NCBI GenBank assembly: GCA_028534125.1
Contig: CM052832.1
Location: 10,976,001-11,040,000, forward strand
DNA: 64,000 nt
DNA from: Lama glama
Taxonomy: Eukaryota
Reading direction: 5' to 3'
Positions 11,400-24,861 of the stretch are shown one piece after another. The stretch's first letter is position 1, and each line of letters begins with the position of its first letter. The notes under the pieces are model-generated. The model did not search any database and was not told the DNA's origin. It saw nothing but the letters and a program-made list of their open reading frames with translations. A program made the position numbers and the translations under genes.

Positions 11400-14300
11400 A
11401 CCTAGTTGATACCTAACCTGTTGGAGAGCATATACCACCTACTGTTCCCACCCCTCTTCCTTGGTGAGGGAAGGAAGGAGTGATAACATGCCTGCTAGAG
11501 CCCAGGCAGGTCTGTCTCAAATGGCCAGTTTCCATAATATGGAATGTTGCTGCACACCCCCCAGCTTCATGGTTTAGTGGGTGTGACCGAGCTCCTGACT
11601 GGCAACCTCAGTCAGTTTCTTGCTACCCTGTGGTCAGGGACATCAGGCTCTGAGAGGACCAGGAGCAGCTCAAGGGCTATTTTTCTGTTGAGGATGGCAT
11701 AATCTTGCTTGGAGTTCTAGCGATCTGTGCTGCAGTTCCACTGAGGCTTGCTGAAGGCTGCACAGAGCATGCTTATCTGTCCCCGAGACCTCTAACACCA
11801 TTGGAATTGCTTGTTAAATGGCCTGAGTACATATTGTAGCCTGGGCTTGCTGTGGTGCTCCTTCTCCTGGACCCCACGCAAAACTGGAACCTCCAAGGAC
11901 CCAAGAAACATGTTAAAGTAATATTCCCAAGGGGTGGCATATACAACTACATTCACAGGAATGGGGTGTAAAAAGTCAAGAGTAGTATATACTGTCTGCC
12001 AAACACAAGTATTATGCTACTTAACAGTAGGTGGTCAAAATATAATATGTTCACTTTAGAGAGGGGATGCTGTGGTATGCCCTAGACGACTGTACCCTAG
12101 AGACCTGCTGGTATGGTAATCCCTGTGATTTCAGGAATTATCACTGACTCTTTGGCATGCACATATCTTTCTTGGCCTTAGAGAAAATGTGCCACTCCTG
12201 TCCACTGGATCCAATTAGCATTATGTCACCAAGACAGAACCACAGCAGTGTTCTAGAGAATGTCAAGATTTCTATCCATGTTGTAACAGAAGGGAAGACT
12301 TTGCCTTGTGGGAAGATGAAAGTTTTGGTCATTTTTACTGACAGGAATCTGAAAAATGCATTTTCCAGATTAATAGCTTCATACAAGTGTCAGATGTATT
12401 GATGCATTCCCCTTCTGGCACAGCAGCTGGGATTAGGGATACCCCTCAGTTAAGTTTAGGATGATCCACTGTCATCAGCCACATCTATCTACTTTTTTTA
12501 AGAATCAGAAAAGTGAATTGACAGGGTGATAGACCACTGTCCCTGCACCCTTGAGGTGGTTGGTTCCAATCCCTGTAATTACTCCGGGGAAGCTGTATTG
12601 CTTTTCCTACATAGTTGGAGGTCAGAATGGAGTAGGATGGTGACATGGTTTCAGGGGAATCTACTTGGTTTTCCCTACCTTAGTCTTTAATTCCACCAGT
12701 CGATAAGCTAATTGTGAGTTAACAAGCCACTAAGACTATCAAACCTCTATACTGAGGACTAGAGAACACAGATCTGGGTCCAGTGAACCACTGGCTCCAC
12801 TGTGGCATGAACTTGAACCAGGACTCCATTTATCACCTGGTCTCCATATACCCTATGTTAATCTGAGGCCCATGGTGGTGTCTTAGGTTCCCTGGGATAG
12901 ATATCACTTGAGACTCCCTAGACCTCAGAAGTCTGGATGTCCTTTACTTAGTGTATAGTTATTCTAAAATGGCTCTTTACCCTTCTGGGGAAAGAATAGG
13001 GAAATACTTCTGGGGACATTGTAGGTCTTTCCTCAAGAGAACTCTCCAGTAAGGTAACTGGCTCAGACCTAGAAACTTCATAGAGATTGTGATTACTTTT
13101 TCGTTGCAGTAACTGACATCAGACTTGTTTTCTGGCTCCTAAGTCTCATTTTCTCACTATACAAGTGAAGAAATAATCTTATTAGTTGCTCATCTATCTC
13201 ATCCTAAAACATAATGTATTGATCTACAGTGATCTATGATATTGGCCACTCAGACCTTGCTTATTATAGTCATTACCATCAGACATTAAGTCAGGAGGCA
13301 AAATGCTACCACCTGACCTCTGTATAGAATCTGATTTTACCCATTGATGCAGGGAGACTAATTCCACAGCAGCATCTCCTACTGTCAAACCTTAACTGTA
13401 AGGGACAGCTTATCATTGATGTTGTTGCTGCCCTAATGCATCCTGTATACTCTTTGTCTTTTTAAAAGGGCCCAGAAGACACAACCTTCTTAAGTAGTGG
13501 ATTTTCTGATCTTAGGGAAAAATCCATTGTAATGTCCTCTTAGTACATTCTGACCCTTTCTCAACACTCTGCCAAGGCAATTCAAGTATCTCCATCTCAT
13601 TTACTGTGGGTCATCATTTCCAAGCTTCAAAACAGCCATCTCAGCAGTACCTGGTGAGGATGTCTCCAGATGTCCCTGCCAGGATATTCGATGCTGAGTC
13701 ATGGAGAAATGCTCATATCATCTCCCTTATTCAGCCTTGTATTCTTAACCTCTCTATCCAACATCCTCAGGAAAAACTTCTGTGCGTGTTCTCATAGATG
13801 CTACAGAATGTACTTAATCAGACCTTGCAACACTTTCAGTGAAGAGCCTTCTTCCTCTCAGGGCAAAGACTGAATTCCTGGCTTGGGGCACCTGACCCAA
13901 ATTATTTTCCTTGAGATAATAAGGGGAAGAGAGGTAGACTTTTAGGAGGGCATGTAATATCTTTCAAGGTATATACCTCAGGTGTGGTCTTTTCATGGTC
14001 TCCAGGCAACAAGAAGCTGTTTCTTTCTAACATAGGGTAGGGGAGCCACTTCTTCAAGCCTGGTGGATTTAGGAGACATATGAAAGCTCAAGATTCTCGG
14101 GGATGCCAACCCAAATGTACCCATCCTGAGTCTCAGGATCCCATTCTTTGCCTATCAATGCTCTGAATCTAGCAAAGGAGACCTGTTAGGCTTTCATTCA
14201 ATATCCTTTGTATTTCTGCCACCTTTAGTCAAATGTTCTGAGTGAATTTTCAATATGACCTGTCATCTAGCTACAGGAGATGATCACTCTAAATCAAGTC

Positions 14301-14640
14301 ATTGAAGTGTTCTGGCTTTCACTGCAGGTCCTGAGTTGCTGGTAGGCTGATATGAGCCTGTCATTTTTCAAGGTTTCTAAATCCATCTCAAAGTCAAGCT
14401 CTTCTACAATCATGGGTTTCCATTACCCAATACCATTCAGGTGCTAGAGCCACTCATTTATCCAGGGCTTCCCTTTCCATCTGTACCTCAACCCAGAAGA
14501 GGTGGGTCTTAAACAGTGATGCTACACTGTCTTGCTTCTGCTGAGATATCTGAGGAAGCAAAGGGATGTCTCCCAAAACCCATCTCTGTGAAGACTGGGT
14601 ATCTGGGGCATTTAGCCATAACTCCTGTTCCCCACTGGGG
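11400..14640 (-). mobile_element. ERVL (class III, HERVL/ERV3-16-like) internal gag-pol remnant
   Basis: Minus-strand peptides: gag RFRALIGKEWDPETQDGYIW (about 14115-14175); RT YEAINLENAFF and CLGDIMLIG (ORF 12141-12386; cf. YAAIDLANAFF, YIDDIMLIG); RNase H/connection PMVLEVSGTDKHALCSLQQA (about 11745-11804); many stops and frameshifts. Confidence 0.85.
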
Positions 14641-15364
14641 AGATACCCTGGAGGTATTAACACCCCTTCACCTCAAGTTCACTTCAAACCTGTGCTTTCA
14701 CACACACTGGCCTGACTTCAGTGGCTTCAGAGAGGACCCTGGGGCAGAAAGCACAAAGACATGTAGGTCACCTGAGATGGACACTGTCAGCATGAGTTCA
14801 AGCTCATTTAGAACTGCCCAAAGCATTTTCAGCTGAAATTAGAGGTGAGCCAAGGGGATGTGACTCAGAACAAAAGTTTGTTTGAGAAATCAGTTGCTTT
14901 GTGCTTTTTCCTAAACTGTCAGACCCTCCTCTGAGACTATCTGTATTTGTCAGCTCATTCAGGGAGAAAAGGGAAGAGCTGACCTGCCAAGTCTCCTCTC
15001 CCATGAGTGGGAGGCTGACTCCATGCAGCATTACCATTCCCATACATCCAGTCTGCTCATGCCTGGGCACTGAGCAGGGTGGGCCATCCTGTGCCTCCAC
15101 TAAAATAGGGAAACCCGGGGGCAGGAGTTGAGGTGTCAGCACAAATGTATTGCAACGTGCTGTTTGTGTCAATGTAAAAGCAATTGCTGGAACAAGGGAC
15201 AGATGAGACTGAAGGATCTGATGTGGTGTATGTAACAGATATGTGCTGTGTACATGATAGACCAAGTAGGCAAAGATAATGTCAAAGATGAAACAACAAC
15301 AAAAAATGACATAAGTAACCCACAGAACACTAAATCAATCATTTAGACTACATTCAGTTTCAAG

Positions 15365-15851
15365 TGTTTCTGGAGAATATAGGTCCTTGTCTCATGCAGG
15401 AAAGAATTCAAGAGCAAAACATAGTAAAGTGAAAGTGGACTTATTCAGGGAAATACACATTCCATAAAAAGAGACTGCCTGTCTCAGAAGGCAAGAGAGG
15501 CAGCCCTGAGGTGTGGAGGTGGTTGGTTTTTACGAGCTGGGTAATTTCATATGCTAACAAGTGGGGGGATTATTCCAACTGTTTTGAGGGAAGGGTGGGG
15601 ATTTCCAGGAATTGGACCTGTCCACTTTTTGGCCTTTAATGGTTATCCTAGGAACTGTCATGGCACCTAGAGGTGGGTCATTTAACATGCTAATGTATTG
15701 CAGTGAGCTTATAGTGAGGCTCAAGGTCTACTGGAAGTTGAATCTTCCACCATCTTGGGCTTAGTTGGCTTCACCCAGTTTATGTCGTATCCTCAATTGC
15801 TATGTCATCCTTTTAATGGTTGTGCCCTCTGCCCCCTTCTCTCTTGTCTCA
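15365..15851 (-). mobile_element. ERV1-type solo LTR
   Basis: TG...CA ends with perfect 4-bp TSD CAAG (15361-15364, 15852-15855); ERV1 LTR-like body. Confidence 0.85.
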
Positions 15852-15929
15852 CAAGTACACGTGAAATAGTTATAAAATGACCAGATACTAGGCCGAAAAG
15901 CGAGTTTCAACAAACCTCAAGACATTATC

Positions 15930-16380
15930 CTGTCTTGGTCTGGTTTTGCCAGAAATTGGAGCCTGGAGGAACACAGGTATAGGTGACTTGGGAGATGATC
16001 CCTCAGTCCAGGAGTCAGGAGACAAGAAAAGCAAAGGCAGCATTATTTAGCTGGTTACTACTCTGGACGCCTGGGGCCTGACCCTCCTGGGTCCTCTGAG
16101 GAACCCTGGAGAATGTGCTGCAGGTGTGACTCTGCAGGATGGAGGCAAGAGCCTGTGCCCATGACCTCTCATCCCCTATTGATTGAGAGTTGCCTCCAGA
16201 GTATAAATTCCCCCACTTCTGAGTTCCCTGCATGCAGGTTGAATGAGACCCTGGCTTTCAGAGAAAGCCCTGGAATAAAGAGGTTGGTGAGCCCTTGAGA
16301 TAGGACACAACTCTTCACAGGTGCACTGAAATCCGGCATGCTAAGGGGATGGAGGTGGGCCACCAAAACTCTGCTGCCTA
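15930..16380. mobile_element. ERVL LTR16/LTR33-like solo LTR
   Basis: 'tgtcttggtctggttttgccagaa...gggagatgatcc' pattern. Confidence 0.6.
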
Positions 16381-16749
16381 TAGGTGACCTTCTCTGACAA
16401 ATAGAATTTTGTTATCTTCTTTGACTTCAGCATAATTACCCCTATGTTTAGAACTTAGGAAATGCTGAGATTCTTGGTCTCAGAACAAATAATAATGCAA
16501 GTTACTAGAAATGAATGATGGCAAATGTAAACAAAACCTGTGGAATATGGAAATTTTTAAAGAGAAACCTAAGCCATCTTTAACATTTTCTATGTTGAAC
16601 AAATATCAAACTTACTGTTCTACTTTTTTGATTCTGTATATATAAATTATATAAAATATCATATATACGATAGCAGAACCTAATGACATGAAATACGAAA
16701 CAGGGACAAGACCAAACATTGATTCCCTGGAAAGGCCAAGGAGACAGAC

Positions 16750-17180
16750 AAACCTGGTAAGAGTGTGGTGGGCTCTGGTGCCCACCCATGTCCCTTGGAT
16801 CTTAACATATCAGTGGGCACAGGCTGCTATCTAACTGCCAGTGTACCATCTTTGAGGGTTCTTTCCAAGTCACAGAAGACCCCTGTGTCTTTGCATAGGA
16901 CAGGTCCCAAAGTGCTAGGCAATTAACACATCCTCGGGGCAGACTTTAACCAATGACTAAGTGGAATTAGTATGTAAATACCCGGTGCTCTTGCCCCTCA
17001 GTTGGGATACCTTGAGAATTCCTTAGTTTCCAATAATACCCAGTGTTTTTAAGTCTTAATAACACAACATATATTGGCTGCCTTCTCTTGTCTCACTTCT
17101 CCACTCACTGCTGGTATTTCTCAGATGTATTTGTACTCAACTTCTTGTCTTCGGGTCTGCTTTTGGAAAAACTCAAACTA
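16750..17180 (+). mobile_element. ERVL LTR16-like solo LTR
   Basis: 'tgtggtgggctctggtgccc' ... 'tcgggtctgcttttggaaaaactcaaactaa'. Confidence 0.6.
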
Positions 17181-17189
17181 AAATTGTCA

Positions 17190-17640
17190 AAAAGATGCTC
17201 CAAGTAAACAATATTTGGACTTAGGAAATTGAGTGTAATTGCAGGCACAGAATAAGAATGTTATGAAGCACTTTGTGTCAATAATTTTGAAAACTTGGAT
17301 GACATGAACATACCTCTAGAGAAAGAGCTTACCATAATGAAATCAAGAAATGACTCCTCTAAATAGCTCTATTGTGAGAAACCAGGCCCAGACTATTTCA
17401 CAACTAAGTTGTTCTCAGTTAATACCAATCCTACAAAGTCTACCAGAGAGAAGAGAAAGGGGCATTTTCTCAGCTCATTTCAAAACCCAAATAACTTTAG
17501 TTATTAAACTAAATCAAAGCAGCACAAGAAATTTCTGAAGCTGGTATTCAATCTTAAAGGACTAGCTAATCAGACCTAGCAATATGTACAGATATAAAAA
17601 CACTATACCAGACTTTTTTCCAGGAATGTAAGTTTGGTTA
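17190..17640 (+). mobile_element. Old L1 ORF2 fragment
   Basis: 'ataattttgaaaacttggatgacatgaac', 'caggaatgtaagtttggtt' resemble L1 ORF2. Confidence 0.6.
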
Positions 17641-18039
17641 AGTTGGCATATCAGTCAAGGTCCAATCAGGAAAAATCCCCTTTGCTTGAAATACTCAGAG
17701 TGGTTCCTAATACACCCAATTTTTATACACATGGGTCATAGAAGACCAGAGAAGCTAAACAGGGAAGGTGAAGCAACAGATCAACAAGGGTATACATGTT
17801 AGGTTGACTATTCTAGAACTCCAAGTAAACAGAATCCTATCTGGAAGAAATCATATCAGTTTCCTGGGACAAGAGGAAGCTTTCCCAGGCAGTAGAAATA
17901 TTCGATATCTTGCTTGGGGAAGTGGTTAGGTGGATAGAAACATGTCAAAACTCAAACTCAAAATATGACAATATATGCAATAAATACACTTTATTGTATA
18001 TACTTAATGAAGGCTTAAAAAAGAATGACACGTCTCAGT

Positions 18040-19140
18040 TGAAAAATAAAAACCTCCAACTAGTCACAGTGGACCCACTAATTCATTTCCTTGCAACCCC
18101 AATATCCCACTCTTTGGTAAACTCCCAAATTGCTCATCTATTCACTTTTTTCTTACGTGGATTCATAATATACTCAAAGTATTTCTGGTAGTCTTGCAAG
18201 CTTTTATATAAATGAGCTACTATAATCCTTCTATAATTCACTCACTGTGAGACATACATGTATGTTGCTGTAGTTTACTCATCTTTTTTTACCAAATTAT
18301 TCCAGTGAGTAGATTATGGTTGCTTCATACTTTCTCCTGTTTGTGGTCTTTGGGTTCTGATACTTTTATGGCTAGTGTTTTGAACATTCTTGGACACTTG
18401 CTGTAGAATGTTTCCTAGAGTAAATACCTGGGAGTGGGTTTGAGTGCATATATTTAACTTTGGTAAATATCTTTGAGGTTACAGCACCAATTTTTTTTTT
18501 TTACCAGCACAATATATACTTCCCTTCATTCCACATCCTTGATACTGGCAAAAAATGTTAAATCAGTCAAAACTACAATAGTATATAGTTCAAGCATTTT
18601 CATGATCACTTCCTTGATTATATGTAAAAATGTGTTTATCCTTTTTTTTTTCTGGCAAAGTTTCATTGATTGTATCTTTTTAACCATTTCATTTCAGGTT
18701 CTGATTTCTAGAAGTTCTTTACTTATTCTGGGTACTAATTCTGTATTGGTTATATCTCAAATCTCCCCAACTGCATTTTCTTCTCACTTATGTTCTTTGG
18801 ACAGAAATGAATATTCTTTTCTTAGATAATACTTAGCATATTTAAGAAACTCATTCTTAAAGTCATAAAGATATCCTATATTTTCTTAAAGCTCTGTCTC
18901 CCACTTCAGTATTAGCCTCACACCATTCACAAATCAATTACAGAAAAATTACGTATCTTTTTCTAATAGAAAACCTATTGATTAGTACATCCTTTCTCCA
19001 CTGGCCAGCAATATAGCTGTCAGCGTTAGGTTGCCATGTACGCATGGGCTCATGTTTAAATTCTGTTCTATTGGTCTATCTGCCCATCCCTGCCCAATAC
19101 TGTCGTTCTATACCTTCATAAAACTGACAACTTGTGTAAT
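18040..19140 (-). mobile_element. Old L1ME 3' fragment
   Basis: Antisense L1 motifs 'tagaagttctttacttattctgggtactaatt', 'ttctgttctattggtctatctg'. Confidence 0.65.
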
Positions 19141-19149
19141 TAGAGTAGA

Positions 19150-19700
19150 TGGATTTGGGAGTTGGTGCACTTCTCATATTGAGACTTTGGCCTTCCCTGA
19201 CTATTGTAGCTTTGCCCAACAGGCAAATGAGATTCTAAAACTTCTACTTTCCAGCCTAAATTGAGGCAGTGCCACATCTCAGGAGAGAGTGGTTAAGATT
19301 AATGCCACTTATTTAAAAAGAACAAATCTAAAGGAGACAGGGATAATGGCGCCCATTACACACATTTAATTCACCAATTTGTGGCTGCACAACCCACAAT
19401 CTGGAGTAAGTTTGCTAGGCCTACTAGTGGTAGTAGGCCCCATCACAGCTGCAGTGACATCAGAAATCTTTGCTAGTACTGATTAACTTGGCCTCAGATA
19501 CATAGTTTGTAGCCATTAATATGGCAAATATGTTCTTAGAATCAAAGTGGCTCACATTTACAAGGAGTAGACATCATGAATTCGATTTTGCTCCAGGGCT
19601 GTGTGAACTCTTTCACATTCTGTGATAAAGTTTGAGATTAGGACCATCTAAATGTACTGAAGGGCATATCCAGTCTATTGATGATACGACTGGATGAGCA
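19150..19700 (+). mobile_element. ERVL reverse transcriptase remnant
   Basis: Plus-strand peptides in RT order: LKETGI (about 19328), FNSPI (about 19365), VAINMANMF (about 19510), LQGCVNS (about 19591), SIDD (about 19673). Confidence 0.75.
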
Positions 19701-20534
19701 GTGACACATCGGAGGTTTTGGAAAGGCAGGGGCTTGCAGGGGGAAAGGAGGCAAGGGATCTGAGAAAAATCAACTGACTTGCATGAGGCCGATACTTTAG
19801 GTATCAAAAATCAAGTGATCTAAACCAGAATTATTTCCTCTATTTCCTCTTCTCTCCCCACTCTTGATTTTTCACTCCAATTTCAACCTCTCCCATAGCT
19901 AATCACTCTAAAGTGTGTTAAATATCTGAAAAATCTTCATTTATCCTTGGGTGATATAAAATGTTACATGTATTTTTCATTTACATAAATGATATTGTGC
20001 TGTAGACCTTTCCTTTTCCATGTAACGCTCCAAGATTATTGGTGGTGTTTATACTACATGCAGTTCGTGGTTTCTAACTCCTCTAATTTTATTTTTCATT
20101 TCCTGTAATGAACATCTAGGTTCTCTGCCAACTTTTCTTAGCACTAAAATGAATATTCTAGAATACTTAGGAATCTGTGAGAATACTCTGGGCTATATCC
20201 AAGAATGTCACTATCAGGTTACATTTCTTCCTCTATCTGATTTCTTACAGTAGAGAGGAAAAATTGGAGCTCTATGCTAAACTGACAATTAAACATTGAA
20301 CTTTGTACCCTATTAACAGCACGAATTTTCTAAGCATCTATGAAAGGCTAATAAAAATTGATTCTACACCAGGCCAGAAAACCTTAAATTTCAAAAGGCA
20401 GAAATTACATTGTGACAAGAAAATTCCCATGCTCTTCCAACTTAAAATGGTCTGCTTCATAACTACCAGATCAAAGAATACATCAAATACCTAGAGGTAA
20501 ATGCATAACCTTAAATAATTTTTAAAATCACATG

Positions 20535-21047
20535 TTTATTTATTGAAGTATAGTCAGTTTACAATGTTGTGTCAATTTCTGGTGTACAGCATAATGTCTT
20601 AGTCATACATATACATACATATATTCCTTCTCATATTCTTATTCATTATAGGTTGCTACAAGATATTGTGAGTAGAGTTCCCTGTGCTATACAGTAAAAA
20701 CTTGTTTAACTATTTTATATATAGTAATTAGTATCTGTAAATCCCAAACTCCCAATTTATCCCTCCACCCATGCTTCCCCCGCTGGTAACCATAAGTTTG
20801 TTTTCTATGTCTGTGAGTCTGTTTCTGTCTTGTAAATAAATTCATTTGTCTTTTTTTGGATTCCACGTATGAGTGATAATATGGTATTTTCTTTCTTTCT
20901 GGCTTACTTCACTTAGAATGACTGTCTCCATCTCCATCCATGTTACTGCAGATGGCATTTTATATCTTATAGCTGAGTAGTATTCCATTGTATAAATATA
21001 CCATAACTTCTTTATCCAATTTCTGATGGATATTTAGGTTGTTTCCA
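20535..21047 (-). mobile_element. Camelid-type L1 3' end, 5'-truncated
   Basis: 'tttattgaagtatagtcagtttacaatgttgtgtcaatttctggtgtacagc' ... 'ggcttacttcacttagaatgac'. Confidence 0.9.
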
Positions 21048-21859
21048 AAAACACGTTCCTTTTAAAGACATTACAGAACATTCAAGTATAACTGTAGCTT
21101 TAGCCAAATTTCATAAAAAATTTTTTGTTTGTGATCACTAAAGAAAAAATAACAAAAGCAGAAATTAATGTATTAAAACACAGAGCTGATACAAATGCTA
21201 GAGCTGGCCCTTTCTAGGTACTGGGATGGAAGGGGAATAGTCTTTTTTGGTTATGGAGCAGACAGGTGATGTGACGGGGTGTAAGTAAGGAGACCTGGCC
21301 ATTAACTGGTCACTTAGCTTTGAACAGACTTTTTCTCTCTTCAGTTTAAGCTTACCCCCTCTAAGTTCAAAGAAGATTGGAAAGAAAGGGAGGGGAAGGT
21401 TTGACTACATAAAGCTTAAGTAAATCCTAGCAGTAATTTTGACTTGGAAGCAAATAAGCTGGTGCATCTGAGCTCAGGGATGTCAAGAGACCTGTGTAAT
21501 GGATTTACCTTGGTTGATACTGGTTCCTCTCCTACTCCCCACCTTTGAGCATGGACCAGAGGAAGTTACCTTTGTACCTTTCCCCAGGGGGATGGAAGTA
21601 GGTGTCCATGGGCAGTATTGTCTTAAGCTGAAGGAAGTCATGTCACCCATGACAGCTAGAGCTCATGTCCCAGGGTCCTGCATGGAGTATTGTCTTAAGT
21701 CAAGCATCTCTTCTGACTGCCAATTTTAAGCATGACCATGCTGTCATCCATGAACTTCCCGAAACATTGAATGAGATGAGGAATAATACATGTGGTTTCA
21801 GCATGCACTCAGTTCATCACCTTGAACTTGACATATGATTACTGCTACAAATATTTTCT

Positions 21860-22330
21860 TCCTTTCTAATACCTGCAGTATTTCCTAGGACAATATTACA
21901 AGGGTGAGAAGTAGCAGTGATAGTAGTAATGCCATTTTTCTAACTAAATTGGATGCTTCTAATAGCTCATTAAATGTGATGTTTGCTCTAAGCCTTTGGA
22001 GATTTCTCTGTATTAAGGAAAAGACATTTCCTTTTACCCCTAGCTTGACAAAATTCACTGATAGTTTGTAAATGCTTTCTTGAAATTTGAGATGTGTTTT
22101 TTCTCTAACATGTTAATGAGTATTGATCAAGCCTTACATTTCTGAAATGAATTCTACTTTGTCCCTATATATTGTAATACACTGCTGTATCTGATTTTTC
22201 CAATATTTTAAGGCTCCTTGCATCTGTTAATGATGTTGACATGTAGCTTGCTTTTCTCATTCTGTCTATGATAACAAAATTACGCTAGCTTCATAAAATG
22301 AATTCAGCAGTCTTCATCTTTGCCATTTTC
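21860..22330 (-). mobile_element. Old L1 ORF2 fragment
   Basis: Antisense ORF2 motifs 'ctagcttcataaaatgaatt', 'ccttacatttctgaaatgaattc'. Confidence 0.6.
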
Positions 22331-22354
22331 TTTTATGTGATGTATCCTCATTTT

Positions 22355-22830
22355 TTATCAGTCAGGGTCTGAACATGGAAAACAAAGAATTCCAAGTATT
22401 TACTACACAATAAATACTGAATTTAATCCAGGTAATGAGTTACCCTGAAGATGGAGGTGCTGGGAGCCAAGCAGGGGATGAGATCGTGAAAAAAACAAGA
22501 AATGAAGAGCTGTAGGGATGCACTACTGCCCCTGAGCTGGGGAAACAGAGCAGGGGAAACAGCCTGGGGAAACCTGGGGTGGGGCACCTGGAGAAGCAGA
22601 AACCAAGGTGGTCCTGAGTCTGAGTTGCTGCCGGAGATGAAAAAAGAATACCCTGGACTCTCTCCCCATCCTCCAACCCCACCTCAGGCCTTTTGCTAGG
22701 CCAAAAGCAGCCAGGAGCCAGCTGGAAAGGAGGAGCCTGGGAAATGCAGGCTACAAGTTCAAGGTCAGCCCGCTGCAGGACCCTGAGTAGAACAGAGAGG
22801 CAAAGACAGAACAGAACTGGGAGCAAGTAT
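22355..22830. mobile_element. Ancient eutherian LTR
   Basis: 'tatcagtcagggtctgaacatggaaaaca' start; 'ccagctggaaaggaggagcctgggaaatgcagg'. Confidence 0.5.
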
Positions 22831-22999
22831 CACACACATTGGCTCCAGGGTTGTGCTGTCGAAGCACTGCTGCTGTGGGTGTTCTTGAATGTCTCCTGGA
22901 ACATGGGTTTCAGAGATTCTTTATGGTGTGTATCCAGGAGTCATTGGGTGTGTGGACCTTACATTTTACTAGAGACCACTAAAGCCCTTGTGTTTCTCA

Positions 23000-23394
23000 T
23001 TCCCAGCTACATGTAAAGTCTCAGCACTCCGGGTCCCTGGCAACATGGTTTCAGGGATCTTCTGTTGGCTCCTCCAGACTCTCCTCCTTTCTCCAGCCCC
23101 CTCTATGCTCCCAGAGGCTGAGCTGAAAGGACTTCATTACCCAGGTTCCCAGGTCCCCAAGCCCTCTGGTCTCTGGAGCACTGGTGAAAGATCTGAAGAA
23201 AGATTGACTCCTCCTTCCCCTGGTCCCTCTGAGTGAGAATAACAGCTTCTCCCCTTGGTCACAGCATGACCCAATGTGCTCCCCCTACACACAACGTGCC
23301 AATGCCCCTGGGAAGAATCCTCTTGCAAATAAACCCTCCTTGTATTCTAAACTGACAGAGCCATTTGTCTCCTGCTGGCACTAAGACTGATACA
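23000..23394 (+). mobile_element. ERVL/MLT2-like LTR 3' part
   Basis: AATAAA at about 23328 followed by the terminus 'gactgataca'. Confidence 0.5.
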
Positions 23395-24167
23395 GCCAGG
23401 TAGTCTTTACCTTAACGACTATGCGTCTAGTGCTTCTGTATCTTACATGCCACGAGTTTTAGCATTACCATCTTCGTGTGTGCTGCTCATTTCTGGTTAT
23501 GTGAACTCCATTCACAACATGCTATTGAGAAGGTTTTCTTTCTTACTCATTAATAGGTGTTCATTATATAATCAAAGTACTAGTCTTTTTTAGTTTATAG
23601 GGAGCAAATATTTTCTCTCGATTGAGTCTTTCCCTCTGAGATCTCCTTAATTCTTCATGGTAAAAATTAGTCGATATTCTTGTATGCTTTTTACATACCA
23701 AAGGATTCCTTCTACCTTACCTCAAGTCATAACTTTGGAAGACAACATAGAATAAGCTGGCTTTTACATCTGCATCTTTAATGTCTGCAATTGATAAACA
23801 TCTTGCATGTGACAGGGTCCATACTCATTTACTCCCATATGAATAACTGCATGTCCCAGACCCCTGTATTGTCACTTCTGTCTCCTTAAGTGTATTCTGG
23901 GTTCTTTTTCTTGTTCTTGGTCTTCTAAGTCTTCCATGAAACACATCTCTACTTGTTTTTCTCCAGCCGTGCATTAGCTGTTCTTGTCGCTTTGCTTTTC
24001 CATATAAATTTGAACTAATTTGTCAGTTACTGTGAGAAACAAAACTTTTGGAGTTTAACTATGAATATATTTACTTTGGCATTCTGCTTAGATTCTTGGA
24101 ACTTCTAGAAGCTATGGTTTTATGATATTTTTAAAAAGTTGTCAGCCTTTTTTCTCTACTTGTTTTT

Positions 24168-24375
24168 CTTTATTGAATTATAGTCAGTTTACAGTGTTGT
24201 GTCAATTTCTGGTGTACAGCATAGTGTTTGTCATACATGTACATATGTATTCCTTTTCATACCCTTTTTCATTCTAGGTTGCTACAAGGTACTGAATATA
24301 GTTCCCTGTGCTATATAGAAGAAACTTGTTCATTTATATGTAGTAGTTGATATCTGCAAGTCTCGAACTCTCTTC
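24168..24375 (-). mobile_element. Camelid-type L1 3' end (copy 1 of tandem pair)
   Basis: 'tttattgaattatagtcagtttacagtgttgtgtcaatttctggtgtacagc'; flanked by ctact(t/g)ttttt repeats. Confidence 0.85.
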
Positions 24376-24396
24376 CCTACTTTTTTTTAATATATA

Positions 24397-24861
24397 AACA
24401 TTTTTATTGAGTTATAGTCATTTTACAATGTTGTGTCAAATTCCAGTGTAGAGCACAATTTTTCAGTTATACATGAACATACATACATTCATTGTCACAT
24501 TCTCTTTTACTGTGAGCCACCACAAGATCCTGTATATATTTCCCTATGCTACACAGTACAATCTTGTTTATTCCACATTTGAAATCCCAGTCCCTTCCTG
24601 TTCCCAATCCCTCTGGCAACCACAACTTTGTATTCTATGTCTATGAGTCTGTTTCTGTTTTGTATTTTTGATTTTTTTTGTTTTTTGTTTTTAGATTCCA
24701 CATATAAGCGATCTCATATGGTATTTTTCTTTCTCTTTCTGGCTTACTTCACTTAGAATGACATTCTCCAGTAACATCCATGTTGCTGCAAATGGCGTTT
24801 TGTTGTCAGTTTTTATGGCTAAATAGTATTCCGTTGTATAGATATACCATATCTTCTTTAT
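24397..24861 (-). mobile_element. Camelid L1 3' end of a different subfamily (copy 2 of tandem pair)
   Basis: Encodes the L1 ORF2 C-terminus IKKIWYIYTTEYYLAIK...PFAATWMLLENVILSEVSQKEKEKYHMRSLICGI (ORF 24691-24939); 21-bp TSD with 2 mismatches. Confidence 0.9.
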
